Of a DNA stretch of 64,000 bases, positions 52,441 through 64,000 are shown piece after piece; the stretch's first letter is position 1, and each line of letters opens with the position of its first letter. The DNA comes from the human T2T-CHM13v2.0 reference genome, Homo sapiens. The notes below the pieces were generated by a model. That model had not been told where the DNA came from, did not search any database, and saw only the letters and a list, made by a program, of their open reading frames with translations. The stretch is from NCBI RefSeq assembly GCF_009914755.1, contig NC_060936.1. One strand, given 5' to 3'. Made by a program: the position numbers and the translations under genes.

Positions 52441-54388
52441 AGATCAGCACAGAAATTGAGAGTAAGTATTCAGATACTCTTATAGTAATGAGAGTAATGT
52501 TATTTCTGTTGAAGCTAATAATAAAAGATTAGGGTGTATGTTTTGTAAAAACACAAAACCATGATTCTTAATTCTCCAATCACTTAATTGAATCATTTGT
52601 ATGTACTATAACTAATATAACAATTTTCATATAGCTAGAAAATTAGATTGTTTAAAGTCAATCAAAAAATAAAGAAACTAAGAATTGGATTTTTTAAAGG
52701 ACAAACAAAATTGCAAATTCTTAGCTAGACTAATAAGTAAAAAAGAGAAGACTCAAATAAAATTATAAATGAAAAAAAGAGACATTACAACTGATGCCAC
52801 AGAAATAAAAAAGATCATAAGAGTCCAGTATGAAAAATTATACACCAATAAATTGGATAACATAGAGTAAATGAATAAATTCTTAGAAACATACAACATA
52901 CCAAAACTGAATCATGAAATAATAGAAACTCTGAACAGACTAATAAAGAAGGGGATTGAATAACTATTAAAAAACTTCTCAACACAAAATAGGCCAGGAC
53001 CAAATGAATTCACTAGTCAATTATACCAAACATTTAAAGAAGAATTAATATAATTTCTTTCAAATCTTCCAAAAATTTGAAGAAGAGGGAACACTTCTAA
53101 ACTCATTTTACAAAGCCAATATTACCCATACCAAAGCTGTACGAAGAAACTAAAAGAAGAGATAATTACAGGCCAATATCATTGATGAACATAGATTTTA
53201 AAACTCCTTAATAAAATGCTAGCAACCTGAATTCAACAGCTCGTTGAAAGGGTCACACACCATGATCCAGTGGGATTTATATTTGGGATCTAAAGATGGT
53301 TCGACATATGCAAATAAACAAATATGGTACATCAAATTGATAGAATAAGGGATGAAAATCACCCAATCATCTCAATAAATGATGAAGAGCATTTGACAGA
53401 ATTCAACATTCTTTTATGACAGAAACTCAACAAACTAGGTATAGAAGAAATTTATCTCAACATAATAAAAGCTATATATGAAAAGTCCACAGCTAACATC
53501 ATACTCAATGGTGAAAAATGGAAAGATTAGGAACAAGGTAAGCATGCCTCTCCCCACTTCTATTCAACATAGTACTGAAAGTCCTAGCCAGAGCAAGTAG
53601 GCAAGGAAAAGAAAGAAAGACATTCAACTACTCTCAACTCCTGGATTTTTTTATCTCTATGTTGTGCCCACCACTTAGGACATTTTTTGCTACCTCTCAA
53701 CACTGATTGGCTACCAAGGTTCTTGCCATAAAATCCAACCTTTAATTCTCTGCTGTATAAACCTTATTATCATGCTAGTTGAGAAAAATGCTATTTAATA
53801 ATATTTATGAAGGAATACTGCCAGGGCATGCAGCTTTTCCATTCCTCGAAGATATTCTAAATTAGTCCCTTTATCAAACCAGATGTTAGAGTTCTGCATT
53901 CTTGGAACTCAAGTTAATTGCCATCTGGTATCATTTCCTTTTAGGACGTATTGGGGCACATTTTTAGAAACAGGTGTTTGAAATTTGTTGCTTTATCAGT
54001 TGCTGACATATTGTAAGGAAGGCATTTTTTTCCCTCACTGTGTCATCTTTGAAAGGACAGTGAAAAAATTCCTCTCTGGTCTTGATTTAAGAAGAAGCTA
54101 TGTCTCCTCTAGACCATTCATTTGTCTTCATTTTATGGACACAAAACCTTGTACCATTTAGCATTTCTCTCTTTGCTTTGGTTGCTAGGTGGCTCAGAGC
54201 CAGATTTTAACTCAGTACTAGCAAATATACAAGGTTTTTTATATATTTATTATACTTGGTTTTATTATTTTTCTATCCTTCTTAGCCCCAGTTTCCATAT
54301 TTACTTTGCAATTTTGTAATATACTTTTGATTTTTGTTATTATTTTGTTGTTAGCTACCTCAAGACCTTTGTGGGAGGAAGTATTTTT

Positions 54389-54423
54389 TATATATATATA
54401 TATAAAATACATATATATATATG
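54389..54423. repeat. (TA)n-rich simple repeat
   Basis: Seen directly in sequence. Confidence 0.85.
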
Positions 54424-54609
54424 TAAGTAAATGATTGATCAGGAAGTGATTGCTATACAGAGATACTGTAATACTAGATTTGAGAAAAACTTCTTATTTA
54501 TCTATAACCAAATTCCATTTACATTATTGGTGGAAGTATTTCTTACTTTTTAAATGTGAGGTCATTGATAATGTACCCTCTCATGCTCTTATTTCTAATC
54601 TCCTCCCTT

Positions 54610-55516
54610 CCACAGGCTCCCTTTCAATAGTGGCTAAATAGTCGCAGTCTCACCCTTCTTATACAACTAAAATCCTTCCTCTAGGGCTTTAAAATGAAAA
54701 CTCCAGACCCCCTCCATTCTCTGCCATCTCTTATTGTCCATGTTGGAAGAAGTGTCTGTGGTCACTGTCTCCTTTATTTCCCTTTCATTTCCCATCCCTC
54801 TGAAACTGTCCTCCTAAAGTGAGACTTAGTTCCTTAATGGTAAACCCAGTGGATATTTCTCAGTCCTTGACTTCCTTGGCTCTTAATTACTCTTTCTCAG
54901 TACATGCTGTACCCATGGAGATCCTGACACCATACACGGCTGGAATTTCTTCTTACTCTTTCTTTCTGGCCACTTGTTATCAGTTTCTTTTTCAGATTCC
55001 TCTGACTCCATCTTTCTCTTAAATGTTAGTGTTCCTCAGAGTTTGGCCCCACCCCTTCTACCCCCTCTTTCCACTCAATGCACACATCCTATGCAGTCTC
55101 TTTCATTTACTGAAGTGTTTCTCTAGCCTGGTGACTCTCCTGATATCAATTGCCTGTTAGATGTGGATGTCTAGATATCTTGCTGGCACCTCAAACTCTT
55201 CAACTTTTCATCTTAGCTCTTTTCCTTTGTATCTGTTCTTTGTTTCATTTTCCTAGCTTTGAGATTTACACCAGCAGATGCCTTCTCATCAACTCTAAAA
55301 ACCTAGAAGTCTTCTTTGACTTCTCTTTCTCCGTCTCTATTCAAACAATCACCAAGTCCCAGTGATATACTGACTAAACACATCTTAAATCATTGTCATT
55401 GTATCCTGCCCCTCACCACCCCACAGGGACTATAATCTCTTACTCACATTAATGTCTTCTGTGCTTTGCACAGTGCCAGTGACATAAGTGCTCAAAAATA
55501 TTTCTTGAATGAATAC
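54610..55516 (+). mobile_element. L2 fragments through 3' end
   Basis: aaatgttagtgttcctcagagtttgg, aaaacctagaagtc, gtgctcaaaaatatttcttgaatgaat. Confidence 0.75.
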
Positions 55517-56869
55517 ATTAATTTTAGAAAATTGAGAAACATTAAGAGATAACAGAAGTGGAATATGGATTTTTTAAACATTCATGTTATTAGCACACAA
55601 TTGGTTTTAACAAGGCAAATGAGTCCAATATTTTTCACATTGAATTGTTTTCTGGAACATCTATATAAAAACATATACTTAGAAATGCATTTTTAATGAC
55701 TTCCAGGAGGCTGTTTCTCCACATTTTATGTAGGAAAATGCTATACAGCAAGTAATTTAGTCATAGGAGCATTTGGCTGATATTTAACATAAGAAAACAC
55801 CAAAATGAAGACTCATTATATAAATTGAAGGTTGCTACAATGAAATTTAATAAATTGTTTGCTTTTAAGAATGCAAGAACCACTTTTCTGAATATCTTTG
55901 AAACCTACTTATAAAATTCATGGTGAGAGAGGCTCTTTAATGTATTATAATTACCATAGTAAGTCCAGCTTTAATTTACTGATAAAATTCTAATTGTTCA
56001 ACATACATGTGTGCATAACGAGGCAGTGAAGAGTGTGCATAATTGAGTAGCTCTTTTGAAAATTGAATCCTAATCATTTCTTCATCTGGTAATTGGTAAC
56101 TGGTTGCTTTGTTTTCCTAAAGCATATTTTGACAAACTTTGCTGAAGGCTTCTGCAAAGCAATATTCATTCACATCTGATATTCAGTCTCTAACCATCAA
56201 ATGCTACAAGGCTTTATGAGAAATGAGAAGAGGAAAAGATTACTTATGAGGGTGCCATATGTAGAAGGATGGAATTGCTTTTTGGGTTTGTGCTCACACT
56301 ACAGTTCTGTATAGGTTTTATCTGGCATTTTCAGCATGAGAATCTTGGAGGTTCTATTTTGACACTCTCAGCGAGTGTTAGTATGTTGAGATCCTCTATA
56401 GTCAGGGAATGACAGGATGTGTAGGGAGGAGAATTAGAGACCCTTTTACCTGGATGTTGTTTACTGATTGATCATGCCTGTGGTGATCACCCCTATAGAT
56501 ACCCCCCAGGAGACAGCACGAAAAAGGAGACATTGGCTCAAGTCATCATAGTTAATGTCTTTAATAAATATGTGCTTGTTCTTGACCATTAGAATTTTGA
56601 TGTCAACTTGGTAGTGTCCTGAGTGATCTCATTAACTTTAAGTCTAGGGTTGTTTGTACACTGGATGGGCAGGTTTCCAGTACACCACTGGACATTTGCA
56701 TTTTTTATTTGCTGGAGATTTCTTTGATCTTGGTGAAAACCAAAAGAAAGGAAATAGCATTCAAGAAGGCAGAACTTAAAATGAAAAACACATGAAATAG
56801 GATCTCTCTGTGGAATTAAAGCATGGAACACTGACTAGGAATGTGGTGGTGTTTGCCCTTGCACAGTTT

Positions 56870-56915
56870 GGCCTGACTCAGAGGAACGTCTGACGTTAGA
56901 CTGTCCACGTGCAAT
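56870..56915. promoter_or_regulatory. candidate enhancer motif cluster
   Basis: AP-1 TGACTCA 56874-56880, GAGGAA, palindrome AACGTC-T-GACGTT, E-box CACGTG 56906-56911. Confidence 0.35.
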
Positions 56916-57749
56916 AGGCACAGTGAAAAATAGAGCATGACTTGGGCAGTAACATTTCTTCTATATTTTCTCCAAAAGGTAAACATTTTTTAATCACATG
57001 TACATGTCTGAAGTGTTCAGTGAATTTGTTAATGGCTGCTAAGTTCACATGTGTCTTTCATTTTGTCCATTTCAAGACATCAAATTAAAAGGCCATTGGT
57101 TTCCATATTATATAAGGAAAGGCTTGCATAATAAAAGGCATGTATTTACAATTTAGATATAGAAGATTTGTTGCAGGTGGCTTTGAATGCCTTGTAGCAG
57201 ATGCTATTTTGTAGTACAATTACTTACATTGTCAACTAACATTTATTGTCTTATATAACAACAGCATTGACATTTAAAAAGGAAAACAAATCAATTGTCC
57301 ATATGAAAATTAATCTGCTGGAATTAAATTTTAAAAGTAATTCTAAACACAATTTTCTGCCACCCTGCAGGTGGAATACGAATTGCCATGTATATATAAA
57401 CATTTTTTAAAATTATATAACCAGTAAATTTTTTCTTTCAGCATAAGTATATTATAACTTCTTCCATTAATATTTTTCCCTGGAGGTTTTTAATCAAAGA
57501 ATATGAATTTTTTAATAAAGTTAATAAGTTAGATCCAATGCCTATTATGAAGTATATATAACTGAACAAATGAACTACTCTGTTTCTATTAAAGGACAAG
57601 TCAGCCACGTCTATAAAATAAAAGGAAATATACTTTTTTTATCTTTTGCATTCCTCTCTAGTCAAGAAAAATTAGGTGATTTTAAAAACTGTTCTTCACA
57701 TGACCTTAGTTATCCTGTTTTCAGTATTGACTGCTTTTCTTCTCTCTTC

Positions 57750-58015
57750 TATACTTGAAGAAAAACTCTCACCATCCTTCAAAGGCCGGTACCAGGTCAT
57801 CTTCCACAGAAAGCCTCTTCACAGAAGGAATCAAATTACCTTCCCCTGTGCCCCCTTTGCCCTGGGCCATAGGCCTGGGTGGCACCCATGACAAATATTT
57901 GCTGTCTGCTGTGGTCTTGAATGAAGGTGGACATGGCACTTTACCATATTTGTGGCCCACTGGGTGGCACAGTGCCTGTCACAGGGTAATGTTTATTGAC
58001 TTAAATAATGAATCT
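57750..58015 (+). mobile_element. L2 3' end fragment
   Basis: gtcatcttccacagaaagcct...gcacagtgcctgtcacag. Confidence 0.6.
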
Positions 58016-58732
58016 TAAAATAAGTTCATTGTCTTTGGATACATTTCAAATGAAAATACCATTATTTTCCTTTTAACTCAGGGAAATAAAAAATTTATTT
58101 CAGAGAAATAAACATTATTATCTTCATGTCCTGAGTGATGGGATCCAGGCTTAAAGTCTTATATTTTATTTTGTTTCTCTTGCTATACTGGCTTTGTGAA
58201 CAGATAAAAGACCAAAGTCTAAATATCTGAAATATTTATAGAAAAAAATACCAATTTAATTTGCCTAAAAAGGCTCTATTGTCTCCAGTTTTGTTTAAGA
58301 ATGATCTCTTGTTACATGGCTCCAGATGCATTGCTGCTTAAAGCAAATGTAACAACACTGAGATATCTGTTACCTGCAGCCTGATGTAATTTAGCTTTTA
58401 AGATCAACTTTGCAAAAGTTATGTAAAAGGTTTTCATTGTGCATTTTGTCCCTATTTGTACTTTTGATACAAAGGATGATGATGTAAAACATGAGTGGGT
58501 TTTTCTTCATAATAATAAATCCTAGTATAACCATTTTCATTTTTATTCATGACCTTCATTTTTATACATGTATATTCATTTTATATACATGTGATTATAT
58601 CAAAGTTACCATTCATTTTGCATTATGCTTTTTAACTGAACATCATGTCATAATATTTCCTCATGTTTCAGCATGGTCTTAATTATTATAGTTGTAAGAG
58701 CTATGTATTTGTTCTATTGTGCCATTGTGCCA

Positions 58733-58857
58733 TTATATATGTATAATATGTATGCCATTATATATATATAAATATATGTATATACCATATATAAATAATG
58801 TATATATGCAATAATATATGCCATTTTATATATAAATTACATATATTTTTATGTACA
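58733..58857. repeat. AT-rich (TA)n-derived simple repeat within L1ME-like sequence
   Basis: Reiterated tatatatgta / tgccattatata units. Confidence 0.8.
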
Positions 58858-59104
58858 TTTAAGTCTATAAGTCTATCTATCCACCTATTGAAAATCTAAA
58901 ATAAATCTGTCACTCTCCTAAATATAACATAAAATTCTCTGTTTTCTTCCAATAATTTTGTTTAATTTTCCCAGAGTTCTGTGATGAAATTCAGACTGTT
59001 TTTGTCAGAGCAAAGAGTTAATAGTCTAGTGACATGTGGAGTAGTAAAAACAGAGCTTGCAGCTAAGGAATTCTTTTTAAGAATACATGAAATATTTTCT
59101 TTGA

Positions 59105-59990
59105 AACATATTTACTGAATGCTTACTAAGTTTAAGGAATTGGGATTTTTTCTATAGTTACAAAAATAAACATCATAGACATGACCATTAACTACCAGCA
59201 CTTACATTCTAGCAGAGGTAGGAAACTAAAAACTGGTAAGCAGACAAATAAACAAGATACTTACAAATCATAATACACCAAGCAAGGAAGTTTGTTAGAA
59301 AACACCATCTCAGAAAATGACTGATTGAGATGAGATGTTGGTGAACAGCATCTTGACCCTTGGGTCAAGTGACAGTAAAGGACTCAGGATGTACGCATGG
59401 AGAAAGCTTTCAGGAAGTGGGACCAGCATGAAATAAAGCTGTGAGGTGAGGAAGAGCTTATTTTAAAAACTAGATGTGGCAATGGGGGAACAGTGTGCCT
59501 CAGACACTGAGCAGAGGGCAAATGGCATGAAGTGATGATGGTGAGGGAGGGGATGAGTCCCATGGGCTCTACTCTGAGTGTAATGAGAAGCCTTTGAATG
59601 GTTAATCAACTTTGTAACATAATCCAGTTTCCACAATAGGAACTTTTCATGCAATGTGAGGAATGAATTGTGAGGGGAAGAATGGAAGAGGAAACCACAA
59701 AGAAGCAGTTGCAAGAGTCCAAGTCGGAAATACTGGCATCGAGGACCTGAATGATAACAGAGGAAATGGGGAGTAGAGGACAAAATGAGATTTGCCTTTG
59801 AGGTAGGAAAAATGTTATGTGGTGGTATTCGGACATGGGAGTAAAAGAAAAGAGGAATCAAGGATGACTTAAATACCTGACATAAGCAATGAAGTAGTAT
59901 ATATTTACAGGAATGTGGGAGACAGACAGGTGGGGGAGTGGGTAGCAGCAGGGATGAATAGTTGGATGCAATGGATCTAGGACTCAGAGA
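59105..59990 (-). mobile_element. L2, antisense, including 3' end
   Basis: aacatatttactgaatgcttacta, cttacattctag, agaggaatcaaggatgact. Confidence 0.8.
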
Positions 59991-60315
59991 AAATGGTTGG
60001 GCAGGAGAAGCTGGTGAACGCTTTTGGAGGTGGGGTAGGTCCTATGACTAAGGCTCTTTGACAATTTTTGTATCTTCATCTTAACTCTGACTTTAAGAAA
60101 GTGGGTAAGATTATTTAGGGAGAAAGTTGAGAAAGGTGAAAACTCATCTTAAGATGATGTAAAGTTTGATGTTAACACATCTCTGTGCTTTTTATTATTT
60201 TTGGTAGGCTGTGGGAAACTGTTCTACAATATGAATAATGAAGAGCTGTGAAATGAAGTATATTTTGATTTAAGCAAGCTGATTACATAACAACTAAAAT
60301 ATAAAAGACAATGGT

Positions 60316-60633
<318 letters not shown>

Positions 60634-60691
60634 TTAAACACATTACAAAAGGAATTTTTACTTTATACATGTATTCCATAAGCTATTTTCT

Positions 60692-60742
60692 TTTTTTTAA
60701 TTTTATTATTATTATACTTTAAGTTTTAGGGTACATGTGCAC
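60692..60742 (-). mobile_element. ultra-short young L1PA 3' end insertion with 17-bp TSD
   Basis: ttttattattattatactttaagttttagggtacatgtgcac is the antisense L1PA terminus; TSD tccata(a/t)gctattttct at 60675-60691 and 60750-60766. Confidence 0.9.
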
Positions 60743-60881
60743 CTAAATGTCCATATGCTATTTTCTTAAATGTCCAGATATGGAAATGGAAAATAGATTT
60801 AACTGGGTATGTCACCTCTAATTGACCAGTAGTGGCTGCTGGAATAAGTGTGGAGAAAAGGCCATGCCTGGGCCTACTGGG

Positions 60882-61369
60882 TATATTAGTCAGAAGTCAG
60901 AGTTCTTCAGAACCAATAGGATATCATTTGTATATGTAAATAATATATAAGTACAAAGAGATTGATTTTAGGGAATTGGCTCATGTGAATGTGGTGCCTG
61001 GCAAGTTTGAAATCTTCAGGGCAAGCTGGCAGGCTGGAAATTCAGGTAAAAGTTAATTGCGTGCAGTCTTGAGTCTGAAATCTGCAGGGCAGTCTAGCAG
61101 GTGAGAGACTCAGGCAGAGTTTCTATATTGCAGCCTTGAGATAGAAATGCTTCTTTTCCAGAAACCTCATTCTTTGTTCTTAAAGCTTTCAGCTGATTGG
61201 ATGATACCCACTCATACTATGGAGGGTAATCCGTTTTACTCAAACTGATTTACTGATTGTAGATGTCAATCACATTTAAATACAGTCTTCAGAACATCTT
61301 GGGTGTTGTTTTACTAAACAGCTGGGCACCCTAGTCCAGTCAAGTTGACACACAAGATTTACCATTGCA
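60882..61369 (-). mobile_element. MLT2B-like ERVL LTR
   Basis: cagaaccaatagga...ggaattggctcatg...ctgattggatg...caagttgacacacaagatttaccat. Confidence 0.85.
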
Positions 61370-63129
61370 CTGACCAAGAGTATCAACAACTATTGCAATG
61401 ACTGCTCGTGGTGTATTGATGAGGGGCATTATGCCTTCCATGTGCTTGCAATCCTTATCCTGGTTGTATTTAAATGTTCCTTCGGTATAAGAAAATCTCT
61501 TTTATTGGCAAAACTTCAAGAATATTGTAGAAAATGAAATAAGTTATATCTAAAAGATTTTTTTCATTTGAAAGGCAGGAAGAGAAAGACATTGTATCTC
61601 ATGAAGAGAGTTTTCAATGAACTACACTTCTCTTTGCTGTTGCATTATTTTCTGATGCAGGCATTTTAAATTCTTCTCATCTGATTATATAATCCAAAGT
61701 TTCAGCACACATTCACTATACATCCCTCACTCACCCATCTATGCTGTAGAAAGATCTTCAGTGGCAATACTTTTATACCCTTAGAGAAATTGGTGACAGG
61801 ATTTTTCAGAAACTAACTGTCACTGGTAGTCCCAAAATTAAAATTCAAACTGTCAAAAATATTTAATAATCATTTGGTGGATATTCTTCAGTCTATTATG
61901 TTTTGATCTTTTAAGTGAGGTGACACGTTGTAAATTTCTGTTGACTTCATCAGGGTCTCAAATTTGTTGCACTGGAGCTCAAACAATTGTGCTATTGTAT
62001 CAAAGAATGCCTACAGTTTTACAAAAGGAAGGGGGAATTTTCATTTGTGGAGTGGCTTCAGCTATACATTTTAGTTAGAGAAGATTTGAAAATAAGACTT
62101 AAAATAATAACTTGCTATAAAAACATCTTAATACAAGAGCATTCAAAAAATCTCAGAAAAAAACAAATTCTGAGATGCAAAACAATGGTTACCAAAGGAA
62201 TGATACTTGGATAATATTTGAGTAAAACCAATATCCAACAAGTATTTTCGTTAGAGTGTCCCTTTTGTTCCCCTAGAAAATGTTTTATATTATTGAGTAT
62301 CATATGTCTCTCTGAATTTCTGTTTTCAAGCACGTTTCCTGCTAGGAACATATGGAAAGGGTAAATGTCTGGAGTAGAATTTGAATGCTGTTATAAACTA
62401 TGAGAGAGGATCTTGGAGTATTACTGCAGTTGAAACACTTAAAACTATGTCTGCAGTTAGATTTAGACAACCATTTTGCTTATGTTGTACTCTTTTTATA
62501 GAATATGAAAAAGAAAGTGTAAAAAGCAGATCTTATAAAATTCTCTTACCTTCCATGTTTACATTTTGATGTTGGTATCAATTTACTCTCCTATAGATGC
62601 TTGGTATTATTATTTTTGAAACAGAGAAATTTCACGTGTGTAAAATTACAGAGTGTTCTAGTGGAGGACATTTATGTCAGGAAATGATTTCTATGGAGAA
62701 CTTTCACTCAGAACCTTAATACTAATTCCTGAACTCCCCTAAGCCTGGGACTTGTGTCTACTGAACAAACTGAAGAGTTGTGATTCTTAGACGGTAGAGG
62801 TAAATTTAAGAGTCACGGCCAAAGTAAGGATAGATGTGAGTAATTACTTCAGTAAATCAGGCATAAAATGTGATGTTAGTCTTTGGCTCATTTAGTTTTC
62901 AGTTCTCTGTTTTGCTATGATTATAAAGAAGGGGCTTTCCTTTCCTTTAACAATTTTAAATTTTGAACAGGGAAAAAAGTGTGCCAAACCATTGCCTTCC
63001 TGTGACCATTCTCATCTCGGAAGCATGGCTGCAGCACAGGGAGTCAGCCAATGTGATTAATCGAGGATTCAGAAGCCAGGGCAGATTGCACAATGAGGTC
63101 TGGCTGGCCAGCCTGGGGAGATAGATACT

Positions 63130-63320
63130 GACTGATATTGATTGCGCATTTTTATCACATGCCAAACCATAGGACAACAGACTTTCAGCAAAGCTCCCAA
63201 CAAATCTAAAAGTTGGGCTGGTTATTTCTATTTTACAAATAATAGAGATAGTTTGAGTTACTTGCCCAAGACGTCGTAACTCCAGACCTAAGACTGGAAT
63301 CTGGCTGTTTCCCAAAACTG
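63130..63320 (-). mobile_element. MIR
   Basis: ctattttacaaat...ttacttgcccaagac...agactggaatc. Confidence 0.65.
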
Positions 63321-64000
63321 CTTTGTTTTACTTTTGTTGTTATTTCTGTTACTGAATCCAGTCTTGTACCTTTTGGGCTTGCTTACACACTTCTTAGCGA
63401 CTTGCTCCATTTAAAAATTTGACAAATTATACTGATCAGTGCTAGGAGATATTTAATATTTCACCAGCTTTTAAAAGCAGATTATTAAAGCATTTGAATT
63501 CTTGTGATAGTATCAGCTTATACAGCTGAAATAAATAAGGTACCCAGATAGTGGAGATGGAAGTTCTTTAAATGAGAAACTAGAATGCTCTGAATTGATT
63601 TGGTTGTAGTGTAGCCTTAAAATTGGTAGTCACTCAAAATTCAGGGCAGATGGTCTTTAGTGTTTGCGTGTACTCCTGGGCATTTATCAATTAGAATTCA
63701 GCAGCATTTGCCTGTTCTCATTAGGTAATTGTATTAAAAATATTCCTTGTCATAGGAAAGAAAAACCTAATTACTTGATCTTAATTAAACCTTGTGTTAC
63801 AGGTTAACCTCTTGACCAGCCACATATGACATGATAAAAGAAAGGCAAGCCAGAAAATTCATTAAGATGGTTGACAATGACCAGCAAGCAGTCAGGAACT
63901 GTGTTTGTTCTTTCTTTGTTTCACTTTTCCCTAATATCAATGATTACAAGTAATGTGAATAGCATTGAAACAATATGTATATTGACAACCACATTTTTTT

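Larger units (their letters stand above)
51920..53628 (+). mobile_element. L1M ORF2 internal fragment interrupted by MADE1 and AluJ
   Basis: caaataaacaacctaac, agagacattacaactgatgccacagaaata, acagctaacatcatactcaatggtgaaaa; no 3' UTR. Confidence 0.88.

Noticed and set aside
57359-57378. CTCF-like cctgcaggtggaa
   Set aside because: Mismatches at key core positions; a single weak motif.
63781-63810. Acceptor-like ttgtgttacag|gttaac
   Set aside because: Short pyrimidine tract and no convincing downstream donor within the window.

Overview
AT-rich, CpG-depleted primate (very probably human) non-coding DNA, either intergenic or deep intronic. I find no credible protein-coding gene: the longer ORFs are Alu-derived, broken L1 ORF2 or Tigger1 transposase fragments, or chance ORFs. 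Much of the window is interspersed repeats: five Alus, L1PA/L1MA/L1ME pieces, many L2 and MIR relics, an MSTA provirus, solo LTRs (MER41A, MER21, THE1A, MSTB, MSTC/D, MLT1C, MLT2B), an ERVL internal relic with a dUTPase remnant, a near full-length Tigger1, MER5A/MER20/MER33/MADE1 DNA elements, and microsatellites. The most unusual observations are: (1) an exact 80-bp non-tandem duplication whose donor copy coincides with an exon-like unit; (2) a tailless BC200 retrocopy apparently primed by microhomology; (3) a ~40-nt hairpin-forming LTR-like RNA end retroposed with poly(A) and a target-site duplication (TSD) inside an L1; (4) a duplicated Alu/flank junction; (5) several acceptor-AG|GT motifs resembling recursive splice sites and a possible + strand non-coding exon chain. 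I cannot support a new multi-gene biological system. Repeat subfamily names come from recalled consensus sequences and need RepeatMasker/Dfam confirmation; boundaries of old repeats are approximate.
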